Positions 49,101 through 62,054 of a DNA stretch of 64,000 nucleotides are shown here, piece after piece; within the stretch, counting starts at the first letter, position 1; every line of letters starts with the position of its first letter. A program made the translations under genes and the position numbers. A model generated the notes under the pieces. That model was not told where the DNA came from. It saw only the letters and a program-made list of their open reading frames with translations, and did no database searches. The DNA lies in contig NC_073393.1 in assembly GCF_028641065.1 (NCBI RefSeq), positions 20,088,001-20,152,000 on the forward strand. The letters are read 5' to 3'. The stretch comes from Leucoraja erinacea (taxonomy: Eukaryota).

Positions 49101-52100
49101 GTAGGCCACTTGGCCCTTCAAGCCAGCACCGCCATTCAATGTGATCATGTCTGATCATTCCCAATCAGTACCCCGTTCCTGCCTTCTCCCCATATCCCCG
49201 GACTCCGCTATTTTTAAGAGCCCTATCTAGCTCTCTCTTGAAAGCATCCAGAGAACCTGCCTCCACCGCCTTTTCAGGCAGAGAATTCCACAGACTCCAT
49301 ACAGACTCACCACGTCCGAAGTAACCACGGACTAGTAACCCGCCCGAAGGCTCATCGAAGGGTGTAACTGGGAGTGAGCTGGAGACGCCGGACATGAGGA
49401 GCAATGGTCGGTAGGAGTGTGAACCGGGGTGATGCCTCCAGTTCCTTCAAGGTCGGCTGCAGGAGGCACCCCAGGACTCAAGGCGAGGAGAGAAGAGAGG
49501 AGACGTCGGTTCACGGGAACTGTTCCAGTACATCGAACATGCTACCTGACTGGACTTTGGACTTTGAATAATGGTGCTAGAAATGGTGGTGCCAGCATGT
49601 GTTGCATACGCAAAGAGAATTTCACTGTTTCACTGTGCAGTGGCATATGAGACAAATAAAGCACCATTGAACTATTGAAAGGAGGTGGTACATATTTTGT
49701 TTTCCATGCTATACAGGAAACCACCTTGTGAGCAATGAATAGTGTTGCAAACTTAAAGAAGCAGAAGTTCCAAAGAGAACAATAGCTCTTTCTTGACCCT
49801 CTAAATTACCATATAAGCCACAACATAGTGCAACATGAAGCAATTGTGAATATAAATGCATCGCATCTAGCATTGACCTAGCATTTTGCCACATATAAGA
49901 CCTGGTCAACATACAAATATTTGCGTGCTCTAGCCTAAATTGTCCAAAAGACCGTTTGGGACTCATTTGGATTATCTCCCAGTTTCAAACCTCCCTGCCT
50001 TAACCCATAGGCTATCATACAGCAAAAGTCCATTTACAGATGTAATCTATATCTCAGCTGCTGGTGCCTCTTCACTGAGGCTCTTCTCTACCATTAGTAG
50101 CAGCGGGGAATAAAGAAATGGCAGACACATTTACTTTTTTTTTTGCATCAGGCTTCATCAGCAACATGACAGAAATTCAATAGAGTCAGGGACGGAAGTT
50201 AGTAGAGTGGCTATTACTAAGGAGAAGGTGCTTGGGAAACTGAAATGTCTGAAGGTGAATAAGTCACTTGGACCAAATGGACTACAACTCATGGTTCTGA
50301 AAATAGTAACTTGGAGATTGTGGAGGCATTAGTATTGATCTTTCAAGAATCACTAGTCAGAAGTGGTCACAGTGAGTGGGCACAACCTCAAAATAAAAGG
50401 ATGTACCATGAGAAAAGTAATTGAGGAGGAATTTCTTTAGACAAAGGGTGGTTAATCTGCGGAATTCACTGCCACAGATGGCTGTGGAGGCCAAGTCACC
50501 AGACATTTTCAATGCCGAGATTGACAGGTTCTTGATTAGTATAGGTGCCGAAGGTTATGGGGGAAGGCAAGGGAATGGGATTGAGAGGGAAGATAGATCA
50601 GCCATGATTGAATGGTGGAAAAGACTCAATTGGCCGAATGGCCTAATTTGCTCCTATGACACATGAACATGAGTTTATGAGTTCTTATTGCTTTAAAGTT
50701 CAGGGTTATTTCCCATTGTCACTTCTCAATGCTTATTTCACCCAGTTATTTACTGGTACCAATTCTCAGTGCTTCTTTTCCTCTGATTTGCCATATCTCT
50801 GCCGTTCTTACCCCCACGCCATACCAGTTTTCTGCACTTCTTCCCTGGGCTATTTCCCAATGATAATTCTCAGTATTTTTCCATAGGTTAATCCCTGGCT
50901 CCAATTCTCATTGGTTCACATTTATTTCCTATTATCAGCAAGTGATTTCACCCTGGGATAATTTACCAACATTGGCTCTCATCAATTTTACCTTGTATTG
51001 ATGGTGTAATTTTCTTGATGTTCTCCATAAAAAGCTGGTTGGAGATTTCCTCAATCAGCAGCTTCTTAGGCTTATCACCCTCATCTTCATCGGATAGGGT
51101 GTTTACCTTCATCAAAAAACTGTTATTCATTTCAGTTGTGCCTTTCTCAGGATTTCCTTCACTAATTAACAAGCTTCCTAATTCGCTGAGATTCTGTTGT
51201 ATTGCAGGCTTTAGATCCAAAGCTCCTTTTGGTGTCTCCTGGCCGGACGGACTGATAGACTTTTTTTCCTTTGCAGAACTTTCCCCATTAGGTTGCTCAC
51301 TTATCTCCTCTATTAGGGTTTGTACTCCATCTTCCAAGATAAAATTATTGTAATCACATCTAGAAGCAAGTACTTCAATCTTTGCATGATGATTTGTCTG
51401 AAAGAAGAATAGAATATTTTATATTTTTGAGTTGTACTTCTGAGAATATAATTACCTCCGAGATATCATCCGCTTAACAGGTTCAGAGATCTCCTTCATG
51501 GTGTTTTAAAAAGGACAGTCCTTCAATCTAATTTTAGATTATAATCATCAGCCATTTGATAAACTACACTCAACCTACTCATGAGAATAGTACTAATAAT
51601 TCTATTGGAAAACTGGAGAGAAATTATCTTTGGCAATTTAGTTAAAACCTGCGGCCAGCATGCATTCAGAAGAGGTTCCAATGTGTTGTCTGCTCCTCTG
51701 AAGACAATAGGAATAATTCAAGGGTGGACTGCACGAACAGGAAGAGAGCTTGTGGAACGGTGGAACTATAAAGGTGCAAATCAGCTCAGTTTGGAAGGAA
51801 GTGGGAAGGCAGGGAAAAATCTAAGAGTGCAAGAAGTAAAATTACTATAAAACTGCAGATATGAAAAAATTTGGTTGGAAGTCTGCTACGCAGATTAAAG
51901 ACTAGTTTAACAATTCATCTACTTTCCTTTTGTATGTAAAAATAAGTAAAAAAATAGATGAACTGTGAACCCCAGTGCCTGGATAATAAACTGAGCAAAT
52001 TAAGTGCAATTCTTCTTCTAACCTCTTTATTCTTTATCATACTAAATTCTGCCCAATTGCCCAAAGATCCAGTGGGTTGACTAACAATATAAAAGTCAAG

Positions 52101-55100
52101 GCCAAATACAGTTGGAAAGTAACTGGAAGTGAACAAAACACAGTGGATTACCTCGTCACTTAAACTCTGTTCAGCCTGTGATAGGTCACTCATATCTACA
52201 TCTTCCAGATCAGGTAAATCCTGCAAAGCAGCACAAAGTTGAAACTATTGTCTGTGAAGTTATTTATAACAAACAACTAGATATAAATCTCGATACGTGC
52301 AAATAATTGATTAAATATTCTTCAAGGATAACCAACTTTTAAGTACAAGCAATAATCACAAGAGATATGAAGAAGTTAAATCTATAATTAAATCTATCAA
52401 CATAAATATCCATTACGAGTAAATCGGTTTTGTTTTTTTAATTAAAGGCTTGATAAAATGTGATGCACATCATTGGACTTTGTCCTCTTATCTGCTTTCT
52501 GCAATATGAAAACCTTATCACAGCTAGGGTTATAACACAGGCAAAATAAATAATGTAATACCATTGTGGTATTACTGTCAAAGTGAGATTGGAAATGGGG
52601 AGGCAAAAGAGTTGCATACACAAATCTTTTCATGGCTAAAAAAATAAATAAAAAAATTCTCAGCTACCAGCAATACAAAAAGAAAGAGGTTTTGCTGAAC
52701 ATTTATATATTTAGTTAAGGCTCAGGTGCAACCAATTCCATTCCAGCAGAAGGCTGTTAATACCTTAGAAAGCCTCAATGAACCTTTTCTTGAAGCATGA
52801 TGTGGAGAGGATTCAGTTAAGTGAACAAACCAAGGAAGCAGGGATTGCCCTTTATGCAGCACAGATTTAATCAATATGATTGATCATTGGGCACGGTTTT
52901 GATTGGGTATACAAAATTTTTTTTTTCCACTGGCAAAAGGAGCTTAGAAACTGATTAAAAGGTAAAAACAAAACAAACAGTATGGGATGGCATAATTATT
53001 TTACAGCTACTCTATTCTAGAATAGTGCCACCTGTAAAACTGACGAAAAACATATTCAATAGGAACCATCAAAAGGGAGTGAGATAGACTGACATCTCTG
53101 CAAAGTTGACTTACCAGGAAAAAGCATGCGAGATTGATTAGTTCTTTCAAAGAAAGGACCACCTTCAAAGTGGTGGCACAGCCATCAGGAGTCATATGGA
53201 CTCCTGAGATCTGAAGTTGATAAATTCAGACCATTTATTTTCAACTCACATCAATGTAAAGATGTTGTTCCCCTTCCAAGTAGATGGTCTCCATGGTATC
53301 TGTCTGATCCAGTTCTGTCACTAGTACCACCTGAGCTGTCAGTGACTTTGATGGCGTATCTAACCAGTCAGAAAGACAAACTGAGCCAGAGCATTTCAAA
53401 CAGATCCACCACAATGATAAATCAACAGGGTAAAAGTACTTCAGTTCACCTTTTCAAAAATGTCCTTTCTACCTGGGCAGCCAGTAATAAAAATCATTAA
53501 CACATTTGTTTCTGAAGCACATACATGCTCTAGTCGAAAATTAGCTGTGGTTACTAAAGATGAAATGATGGTGACAATAATAATAGAATATTATGCCTCA
53601 GGTCTGAAATTCCAGGAAACGTCTTGTTAGCAGCTGCCAGTCACCTCTGTATTCTCCATGATCAGAGAGAAATCACAGCAATGTTTTCATTACAAGGTTG
53701 CAAGTTAAATGGAATCTGAGGATGTTTGAGACATCTGACAAACAAGGTTTCCCCATGATGACAAAAGGACACAAGAAGGTGTGTTTCGGCCATCTTTAAG
53801 TAAGAGACACTGAAGGGATAAAACTGCAGGCAAAGGGCACCAAAAAGGAAAGTCACAAATTTTACCCTTGGATATTTAAAAAGTAGATTTTGATCCCCAT
53901 AGAGATTAAAGTCCATTCACAACAGTTAATCCCGTAACAGCTCACTCCCCTGCCACAATTTCTAGCTAAAACTCCAGATGGGATTGGGATTAGTTTTGGA
54001 AATTACAGCAAATAGTGGATTGGATTATAGTGATAGGTTTGGTCTACTGAACTTTCTTGGGAAAATTCTGATCTTTGGAAATTAACCCAATGATTCCAGA
54101 GTTCACGTGCAAGACAATGGGAGCTCCTCGTGTTGCATCTGCTTTGGATGTGCTAGTGCATCACAGAATCAGATGCTACAGCGCAGAGTATACACTTGGG
54201 CTTCAAAAGTAGGAAAAGCCATCTATATTCAGGGTGCCTCATCAAGAACACCAACTGCAAAATAAAGCACTTTGGTCCAACATTTCCTCACTAATAACTC
54301 AACGTATTAGGGATATAACATAAATTAGCATATCGAAACATGCCCTTAATAAATTGAAGCACAAAATGCATAGCTGATAATTCCAGCTAAGATGCAGTTT
54401 CAGAAAAAAGCTTTACTGGTCTGATATGATGAGTGACATCCCCTGGCCTTTCGCTTGTGTCCTCTGGAATTAGTGATGAGCATTCTTTTATAAATACCCC
54501 TTTATATTCCTGTAAGTCAAACAATAATGCTGCCTTGATTTTCACTGTTTTCAATTTTTCTGCAAGTTTCAATGATATAATTAATGCACACTAACCTGCA
54601 GCATCACTAAAGGCAGTGCTCTGCAATTGGTCAGAGATACCAAGTGAAGACGAGGTGATCCTTTCCTCTGACTGCATAAGTTCAGCCTCACTTGCTCCCT
54701 CTGAATTGAAAGGCTGCTTTCTCTGGTCTGCCATTAGCAAACCTGATCCTCCCTGCTGGTTCTTGGTGGCAAACTCTGAATTTTCCCGTTCTGTCTTTTG
54801 TTGCCAGTATGCTGGAATTTCCTCCTGGATTGTTAATACATTATGCACAAACTTATCAATCTTTTGTTGGGTCTCTGCATCTGAGGAATATGGTATTGTG
54901 CCAGGCACAATCTCTGCAGAAGAATTTTCACCTAGAGATAAAATAAGGAGGATTACACCACAACAAAATATAAATACATTTCAGGACACAAAGTGCCAGA
55001 GTCATTTAGCAGGTTATGCAGCAATTTTGGTGAACACGGACCCTTCTACGGACTTAAAAATAGTCTCGACCCAAAATGTCATTTTTCCATGATCTCCAGA

Positions 55101-58100
55101 GATGCTGCCTGACCTGCTGATTTACTCCAGCACCTTGTCTATTTGTAAACCAGCATCTGCAGTTCCTTGTGTCCCAATAAATACATTTCATCACTTCTTC
55201 AAAACACAACTTTACATCCAACCCAGTTTTGTGTCGTCTTGCACAATATTGCAACGAAATTTGTTTTTTCAAACATAGCTTTAAAATTGTTAATGGCTAA
55301 TGTACTAAACAGGGGTGAGGCCAACTTTGATAGTATTAGACACGAACTCACAAACCTTGATTGGAGTAGGTCGTTTGTGGGCAAAGTGACATCTGGAAAG
55401 TGGGATTATTTTAAGTGTGAAAGAGACAGTTCAAGGTATGCATGTTCTTGTTAGAGTGAAGGACAAGACAGGCAGGATTGAGGAACCATGGATAATAAAA
55501 GAAAGAAGGAGGCATTGGGACATGATCTTACCCAGCCTGGATCAACTGTACCCCTGGAGGAGTATAGGGGATTGAGGAACATGCTTGAGAAGGAAAGCAG
55601 GAGGGTGAAAAGGGGCAGGATATAACTAACAAATAAGATTATGGAAAATCAAAAGAAGATTTTCAAATCCAAATATTGTAAGTATATTAAAGGGAAAAAT
55701 GACCATGAAAGAATAGGGTCCCTCAGAAATTAAAGATGCCGTTTATGTGTGGAGCTTCATGAGATGATCAAGGTACTCAATAAATATTTCTTCTGTTTTT
55801 TTACTGAGGAAAAAGACATGAAGCCAAGGATACAGGAAAATCAGTGACAACGTCTTCTATTACAATCTAGAACAAACTGGATATCATAAAACATATTGGT
55901 AAATAAATCTCCTGGACTGATCAGATATATCAAAATAAACTGAGGGAGACTAGAGGAGAAATTTCAGGAGCTCTGGCTCAGATGTATGAATTATCATTAG
56001 ACAAGTGCTACATGGTTTTGAGAGCCTGAGCTATATAGGGAGAGGTTGGACATGGTGTGATAATATTATTGAAGTGCAGAGAACTAAGGGAAGTGGAAGT
56101 AGTAAGACAGGTACAATAACAACATTTAAAAGACATTTGGACAAATACATGGCTAGGAAAGATTTAGAAGGATATTGGCCAAATCGTGATATACGGCTAG
56201 CTTAGATGGTGCATCTTGGTCATCAAGGACAAGTTGGACCAAAAGGCCTATCTCCATGCTGTTTGACTCTATCTGGAACCATAGGTCACAGTAAAAGACT
56301 AAGGATGTCCAATGTGGCTCCAATCAGATTAGGAACATGGAGACATTCATTTGCAGAACTATTTGTGGGTGTGTTTTGCAAATTAGGTTCATGGAGAAGG
56401 AATGCTCACTGTGAATTTGAGTCTGACATCCGCACATTGCACTCATAACCCAATTCATGCTGCTCCTCAGAAGAATTAGTTGCACAAAACAGATTAATGG
56501 TTTAGGTCTGTGAAGTGTGCAGAATGTGCAGCTCATTTAAAGATTTCAAGCAACAGCTCAGCTTCTACCTTTTGCTTCCATTTCTTGCAGCCTACGTTTC
56601 TCCTCAGCCTTCTTTTTGATCGCTGTCAAGGCATCAATACTTTCCTGAATTTTCCTCCGTTCACTTGTTTCCCATTGTTCCCTCTCTTCCTTCTCAGCAG
56701 TCCATCCGCCTCGAGCCCAGGCCTCTGCACATGCCCTGCAAGAGAATACATGTAGATTGGTTAGGATGTATGTACTTCTACAATCAAACGTGAATATTTT
56801 GGGCCATTACGTTGTTTCCATTTATAACTATATCTTTCTATGTAAAGGGCAATGGAATTTCTCAAAGTTAATGCCCAAATATTGCACCGCAGACTTCTGT
56901 TTGTGGAACAGTACTTGTGTTTAAATGTTTATTAAATCTGCAGTTTATTGCCCAGCACCAGGTGAAATGGTTGTAGCAAACATTTTTTCTGTTCACTAAT
57001 TTTATTCAGGGAATGGAATGGCTGTCCTGCACAGTTTGGAGCAATGGGCCAAACACACTCTTGCCTCAGAGCAAATATACATTGATGATGGTGCCAACAT
57101 TCAATGAACAAAATTGAACAACTCATGCAATGTTTCCAGTTTACAATGAACAATGTTTCCAGTTTACATTATAGCATTAAAAGTTTGAATTTTATTTTGA
57201 ATTATTTACATGGTTTGTTAAAACCTGAACATAATCGGTCCCACATTGAAGAATTTGAATATTACAATCTAGTTTTATATTATGAAACTGAAAGCAACAT
57301 TAGCATTTAGCCAATGACATGGCACACAAGCACTGTGTAAACATGACAGATATCCCCACCAATGCTGCACATTAGTGGAATTCAATAAATAGTACAAAAT
57401 AGCAAATATGATTTTGTAAATGTCCAACTGAAAACTAAAATTAAGTGACTTTTCCCAATGACCATATATTTAATATTCTTTGAATCAGAAACCAACTGAT
57501 CAGTTAAATGCTAAATATTGGTCAACAAAATAGCAAACGATCGAAACTGGCCCTTGTAACTTAATTTTTATTGCAGCTACACACCAAAATGACCATTTCC
57601 TGCAATAGATTTCTACTTCATTTTAAACTTCTTTTAACTTTCTTCAACACGTTCTTCCATAGGATGTGTTGAAGGACGTGTTTAAGAAAGTTAAAAGAAG
57701 TTCAAAGTGAAGTCGAAATCTATTGCTGGAAATGCTCATTTCGGTGTGTAGCTACAATAAAAATTAAGTTACAAGGGCCAGTTTCGATCCTGAGAATGAA
57801 CAAAGCTGCACAAGTGCCAAGTGTGCTTCAGCACTTGAGAAGTAGGCATTTTGACTTCCTGTTAGCCTGCTCAAGGAGCAACACTTTTAATTGAAAATTC
57901 ATTCTGGGAAAGATCTCAGGGGATGAATAGGTTTAACTTTAGTCCACTCAAGTACTGCTCGGTTACGTACCTGTCTTTTGGAAAAACTGGACGGTCATCC
58001 AGGTATGTTAGCTGCTTCAGGCGCACAGTCAACTCCTTCCTGTAGTTAGAGATTTTCCTGATGACTTCATTTCCCATCAGGTTCAACACACGCTGTGTAA

Positions 58101-61100
58101 AAAAAGTGAAAAACAGGCTCTGCAGAAGGTGTCTGGCAGCACATTGTTCTACAACATAGTGAAAATGACGAATGTGGTTCTTTTTACCTGGCTGGTGTGT
58201 TGATTGGTCTCTCTCGTATTTTTTTCCTGTCTTTTCCTATCTGAAATTTCCTCTGCCCTATTTCTATCTTCATCTACTTGTATGAAATATAGTTTGTTAA
58301 ACTCCCTTCTTCCTCTCCCATTTCTACTTTGCCTTATTCCTATTCTAAATTCAGTATTTTGAAGAAAATGAGAAAATAGGGGGCCATAGTCCCCCAGGTC
58401 AGCCCCAATATTCATTACGATCGAGGCTGATCTCCCCCAAGCCTCATCTCCTCTTCTGTACCAATTCTTCATAGGACGGTTGTTCCATCCTCCAATTAGC
58501 CGAGTGAATCCATTTTGGACTGCCTCCAGTGCAAATACAAATCTCTTTTGAACTGCCTCTAATGTTACCACAACTGTTCTATTCTTTACAATGCTCATAA
58601 AAACTTAAATGTATGACCAAGCTTTTGATTACCTGTCCTAAATACCATTGTGTGGCTTGGTGTCACGTTTTGTCCCACTTAATAACTCCTTTAACTTGAG
58701 TAATACATTTCCAACACAATGGCTATTCATTGCTGTACCAGTAATATCCGAGTGTTTTTGTTTCTAAATAACTCCAAATACTTCCCTCCTTTATATTTTT
58801 CATCATCTCTTTTGCTGCGAGACAATAGGAAGCAGCTTGGCATGGAGTAAAAAATGTTAAATAAACCACAAGTAAACAGACATCAAGCTGAAAGCAGTTG
58901 CATCAGCTGAACATAAGTAGGTTATGGAAATTTAAAAAACCTGTAGAAATTAGGAACTGCAGCTGCTGAAATCCTGAGTAAAACATAAAGCGTTAGAGTA
59001 ACTTAGCAGGTCAGGCAACATCAGATAGATGATGTTTCGTGTCAGGACACTTCAAAATAAAACTAAGGATGCTAAAATAGAAATTCTGGAAATTGCAGTC
59101 AGCACCTGAATAATTCACGCAGTGAAACTAGTGTCATTTTGGCCGTTTTGCCAATTAAGGTCCTTGGCTCGAACATAGTTATTTTTTGTCATCTTTACTC
59201 CAATCACACAGTATGAGCTATGTGATCATTTGTTACTGTTTAGCAAAAGAGGGCGGATATCATTGGCTGTAAAGTGATCAACTAAATATCGAGAAGTTGT
59301 TGTCAACCACTTGTCAACTTTTTAGTTTTCAACGTCTGATTAATTAGACACTGGAAATGGGTGTCAGAATCTTCTCATGTCCCAACGATTATATCTAGTT
59401 CTTATATCAGCCTCCCAAACACACTTCCAAAAGTAGCTTTGGGACATTCCCCAAATCTGAACATGCTCACACTAAGCTCAAGTTTTACTAACCTATTCTT
59501 TGGTTTGAGGAGTCTTTTGTTCTAACAGTCTAAGCACGATTAAAATCCCGGATCCAGAGTTATTTTTTTATTATTCCTCTTACACAGGAGATACTACTCA
59601 TTTATTTCACACCTTCCTATTGCTATGGTCAATTATGTGGAAATGTAAAAGTGCTTCCTCAATGGTGAAAAAAAACTTCAGCCATACAGCTTAGATTTGA
59701 ATTCTGGGCTACACTTTACATTTTAAATACATTTAAATAAGTTTTCATTTGTACATAGGAAATAGACAGGAAAGCCACTTACTAGGTTAGGCATCATCTC
59801 GAAGACAGTGATAATATTAGGGTCCTCGAGCTTATTGTATGAAAGGTCAAGGACACTTAGGCTAGGGCACTGCTTCAGGTGTTCAACGTCCTGCACCTTA
59901 CACAACTGGTTGTGAGCCATCTGCAATGTATTGAGTACTGGCAGGCAAGCTTAAATAAAAACAAAAGAGGTTACATGTGAAACATAACAGAGGAGGTTAC
60001 ATGTGAAAAGATGCAACATGATAGGTATGATGCTGGGCCCTTTTGTGGACTCATTCTCCACACTAAACCATTCTAGATTGAAGACACCATTTCACCACCA
60101 AGGCCAGAGAACAGACAGGCTGCCTGCTCTTTCCCTCTAAACAGCACTTTAAATGTATTGAAATGGGCCAAATAATCAGGAGGTCGGGTGTCTGCAGCAG
60201 TAGAAAGAGGCAAAGCAATTTGCAGAGTACTTTCAATGTTGGTGGGGCAAAGGGACGCATTAGAGGTGGAGCAGAGGAAACAATAGGCAATGGTTAAGGT
60301 TCAGTTCCATTTAGTTATGCCCCTGTCCCACTTAGGAAACCTGAACGGAAACCTCTGCAGACTTTGCCCCCACCCAAGGTTTCCGTTCACGTTTCCTAAG
60401 TTCCCATTATAGTCACATGTACTGAAGTACAGTGAAAAGCTTTTGTTGTGTGCTTACCAGTCAGCAGAAAGGCAATACATGATTACAATCAATCCACTAA
60501 CAGTGTATAGATACATGATAAGGGAATAACGTTTAGTGCAAGGTAAAGCCAGCAAAGTCCGATCAAGGATAGTCCGAGCATCATCAAAGAGGTAGATGTT
60601 AGTTCAGCACTGCTCTCTGGTTGTGGGTAATTCAGTGGATGAATGTTCAAAAAAAAAAAATGAAAACAAGGCCATGAAAGAACTTAATTAAGGATGGGGA
60701 TTTTACTATTTTAGAAAGAATTGGAGGTTTTTAAACGATTGTAGATAATGGCAATATGAGCTGCTGAGGCAGGCTCGGATGGATGATGGTATTTGGTGGA
60801 AATAAACTATCTTTATGTTATTGGGTTGGAATCTTTATTCAGGGTTAAATAGAATGCTGAGGTTGGAAATACCTGATTCAGTCTGGTTTAAGAAACAGCA
60901 ACTGGATCAGTGACTATAATATAAAGCCCACAGTCCCTGCAATGCTTTACTGGAGTAAAGTGCAGTTCTCTGGAAGGCATTGTTTCACCATATTTAAAGT
61001 ATATCTGGATGAGGCCCTGAATCTTCTTGACATAGAAGATTCGAGATTATGGACTGATAAATGGGATTTATACAAATGGGCAGTCATACAGCAAAGAAAC

Positions 61101-62054
61101 TGGCCCTTCAGCCCCTCCTGTTCCCACCAACCATCGACCACCCATTTATATTAATTCTACATTAATCCCATTTTTATTCCCTCCACATTTTCATCAACTC
61201 ACCCCCAGATTCTACCACTTAATTGCTCACTGCAACAATTTACAGCAGCCAATTAACCTACCAGCCAACACAGTTTTGGGGTGTGGGAGGGAACTGGGGC
61301 ACTGCACAGTCATATGGACTTGTTTCTCTGATGTATGATTTTATGGCTGTCAAATATGAAACCCAGTGCCATCAATATAATGTGGAATCTGGCATATTTA
61401 ATGACTGCCAACAAGGGCAAGGTGTATGTAAGATTGAGGAAGACAGTTGGTTCAAGAATTGATCGAGGTGCTGTAACAGTGCAGGAGTTGGTAACAAGCC
61501 ATGGTTGGTCATTTTCTGGCTACATCTACAATGATGAGAGAATGTCCAAATGAAGAACATATTCAGAGAACAGGATCAGTGGTTGGGTTAAGTGGTCAAC
61601 TAGAGAAAATGCAACAGTCACACTGGACATCGCATAGCTAAATTTGATTGGAGCTGCTTTGAAACCTTGATTCTGCTAGTTCCAGTTTCATGCAAAACTT
61701 TCATTTTCTTCCCTGGCCATAGAGTACCATTCCGTTCAATGGGTAATAAAACATAAACATGTCAGTAAAGAGAAGAAAGCCAATAACTCCATATTGCAAT
61801 AATGTCTTAAGTTTAAGAATAGCTCCACTCACAAAGGTTCACAATGGTCTTTATGTAGTTGTTGCTGAGGTTCAACGAATCCAGTTTCTGAAGAGGCTCC
61901 AGGTTCTCTATTTTATGAATGAGGTTTTGATGTAGGAAGAGGCAGCGCAGCTCTGTCTGAGCTTCCAAGTTCCCTATTTTTGACAGGCCATTACACTCCA
62001 GCCACAGGCATCTCAGCCCAGTGTATTCCTCCAGGTTCTCAATGCAGGAGAAAC
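46029..62054 (-). CDS. DNAAF1: Dynein axonemal assembly factor 1 (LRRC50), last 9 coding exons; 5' exons outside window
   Basis: LRRs [18 protein letters not shown], LRRcap [31 protein letters not shown]-terminal EDIEFGLD*; phases consistent. Confidence 0.93.
47085..47482 (+). mobile_element. Penelope-like 3' remnant with hammerhead core
   Basis: CTGAGGA-AGGATCTGGCCCC-GAAAC-GTC at 47401-47428. Confidence 0.65.
48720..49680 (+). repeat. GC-rich element with internal GAAGGCTCGT..GGGAC tandem units, interrupted by a CR1 3' fragment (49071-49300, - strand)
   Basis: About 9 imperfect units; ends GAATTTCACTGT..GACAAATAAAGCACCATTGAACTATTGAA. Confidence 0.6.
50100..50672 (+). mobile_element. CR1 fragments
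   Basis: [18 protein letters not shown]. Confidence 0.75.
50992..51397 (-). CDS. DNAAF1: DNAAF1 penultimate coding exon
   Basis: [27 protein letters not shown]; donor CAAG|gtaaaa, phase 1. Confidence 0.8.
52152..52220 (-). CDS. DNAAF1: DNAAF1 exon
   Basis: [23 protein letters not shown]. Confidence 0.88.
53250..53359 (-). CDS. DNAAF1: DNAAF1 exon
   Basis: [37 protein letters not shown]; donor gtgagt. Confidence 0.8.
54596..54931 (-). CDS. DNAAF1: DNAAF1 exon (low-complexity region)
   Basis: [26 protein letters not shown]; phase 1/1, good splice sites. Confidence 0.85.
55290..56270 (+). mobile_element. Old degenerate CR1 ORF2 fragments
   Basis: [12 protein letters not shown]; AAATCTCCTGGACTGATCAGAT (KSPGPD-like); FKRHLDKYM. 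Confidence 0.65.
56569..56735 (-). CDS. DNAAF1: DNAAF1 coiled-coil exon
   Basis: [37 protein letters not shown]. Confidence 0.95.
57539..57789. repeat. Long inverted repeat (about 120-bp arms, about 10-bp loop)
   Basis: Hand alignment of the arms shows about 10 mismatches and no indels. Confidence 0.92.
57971..58092 (-). CDS. DNAAF1: DNAAF1 LRRcap exon
   Basis: [40 protein letters not shown]. Confidence 0.95.
59783..59949 (-). CDS. DNAAF1: DNAAF1 LRR exon
   Basis: [35 protein letters not shown]. Confidence 0.95.
60319..60401. repeat. Short hairpin MITE remnant
   Basis: ACTTAGGAAACCTGAACGGAAACCT / AGGTTTCCGTTCACGTTTCCTAAGT (25-bp arms, 1 mismatch). Confidence 0.8.
61833..62054 (-). CDS. 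DNAAF1: DNAAF1 LRR exon
   Basis: [74 protein letters not shown]. Confidence 0.95.

Noticed and set aside
50963-50991. DNAAF1 ending at the ORF stop (..ESQCW*) or using the donor at 50967
   Set aside because: The donor at 50992 is stronger and in phase with the EDIEFGLD* exon; the alternative is not excluded
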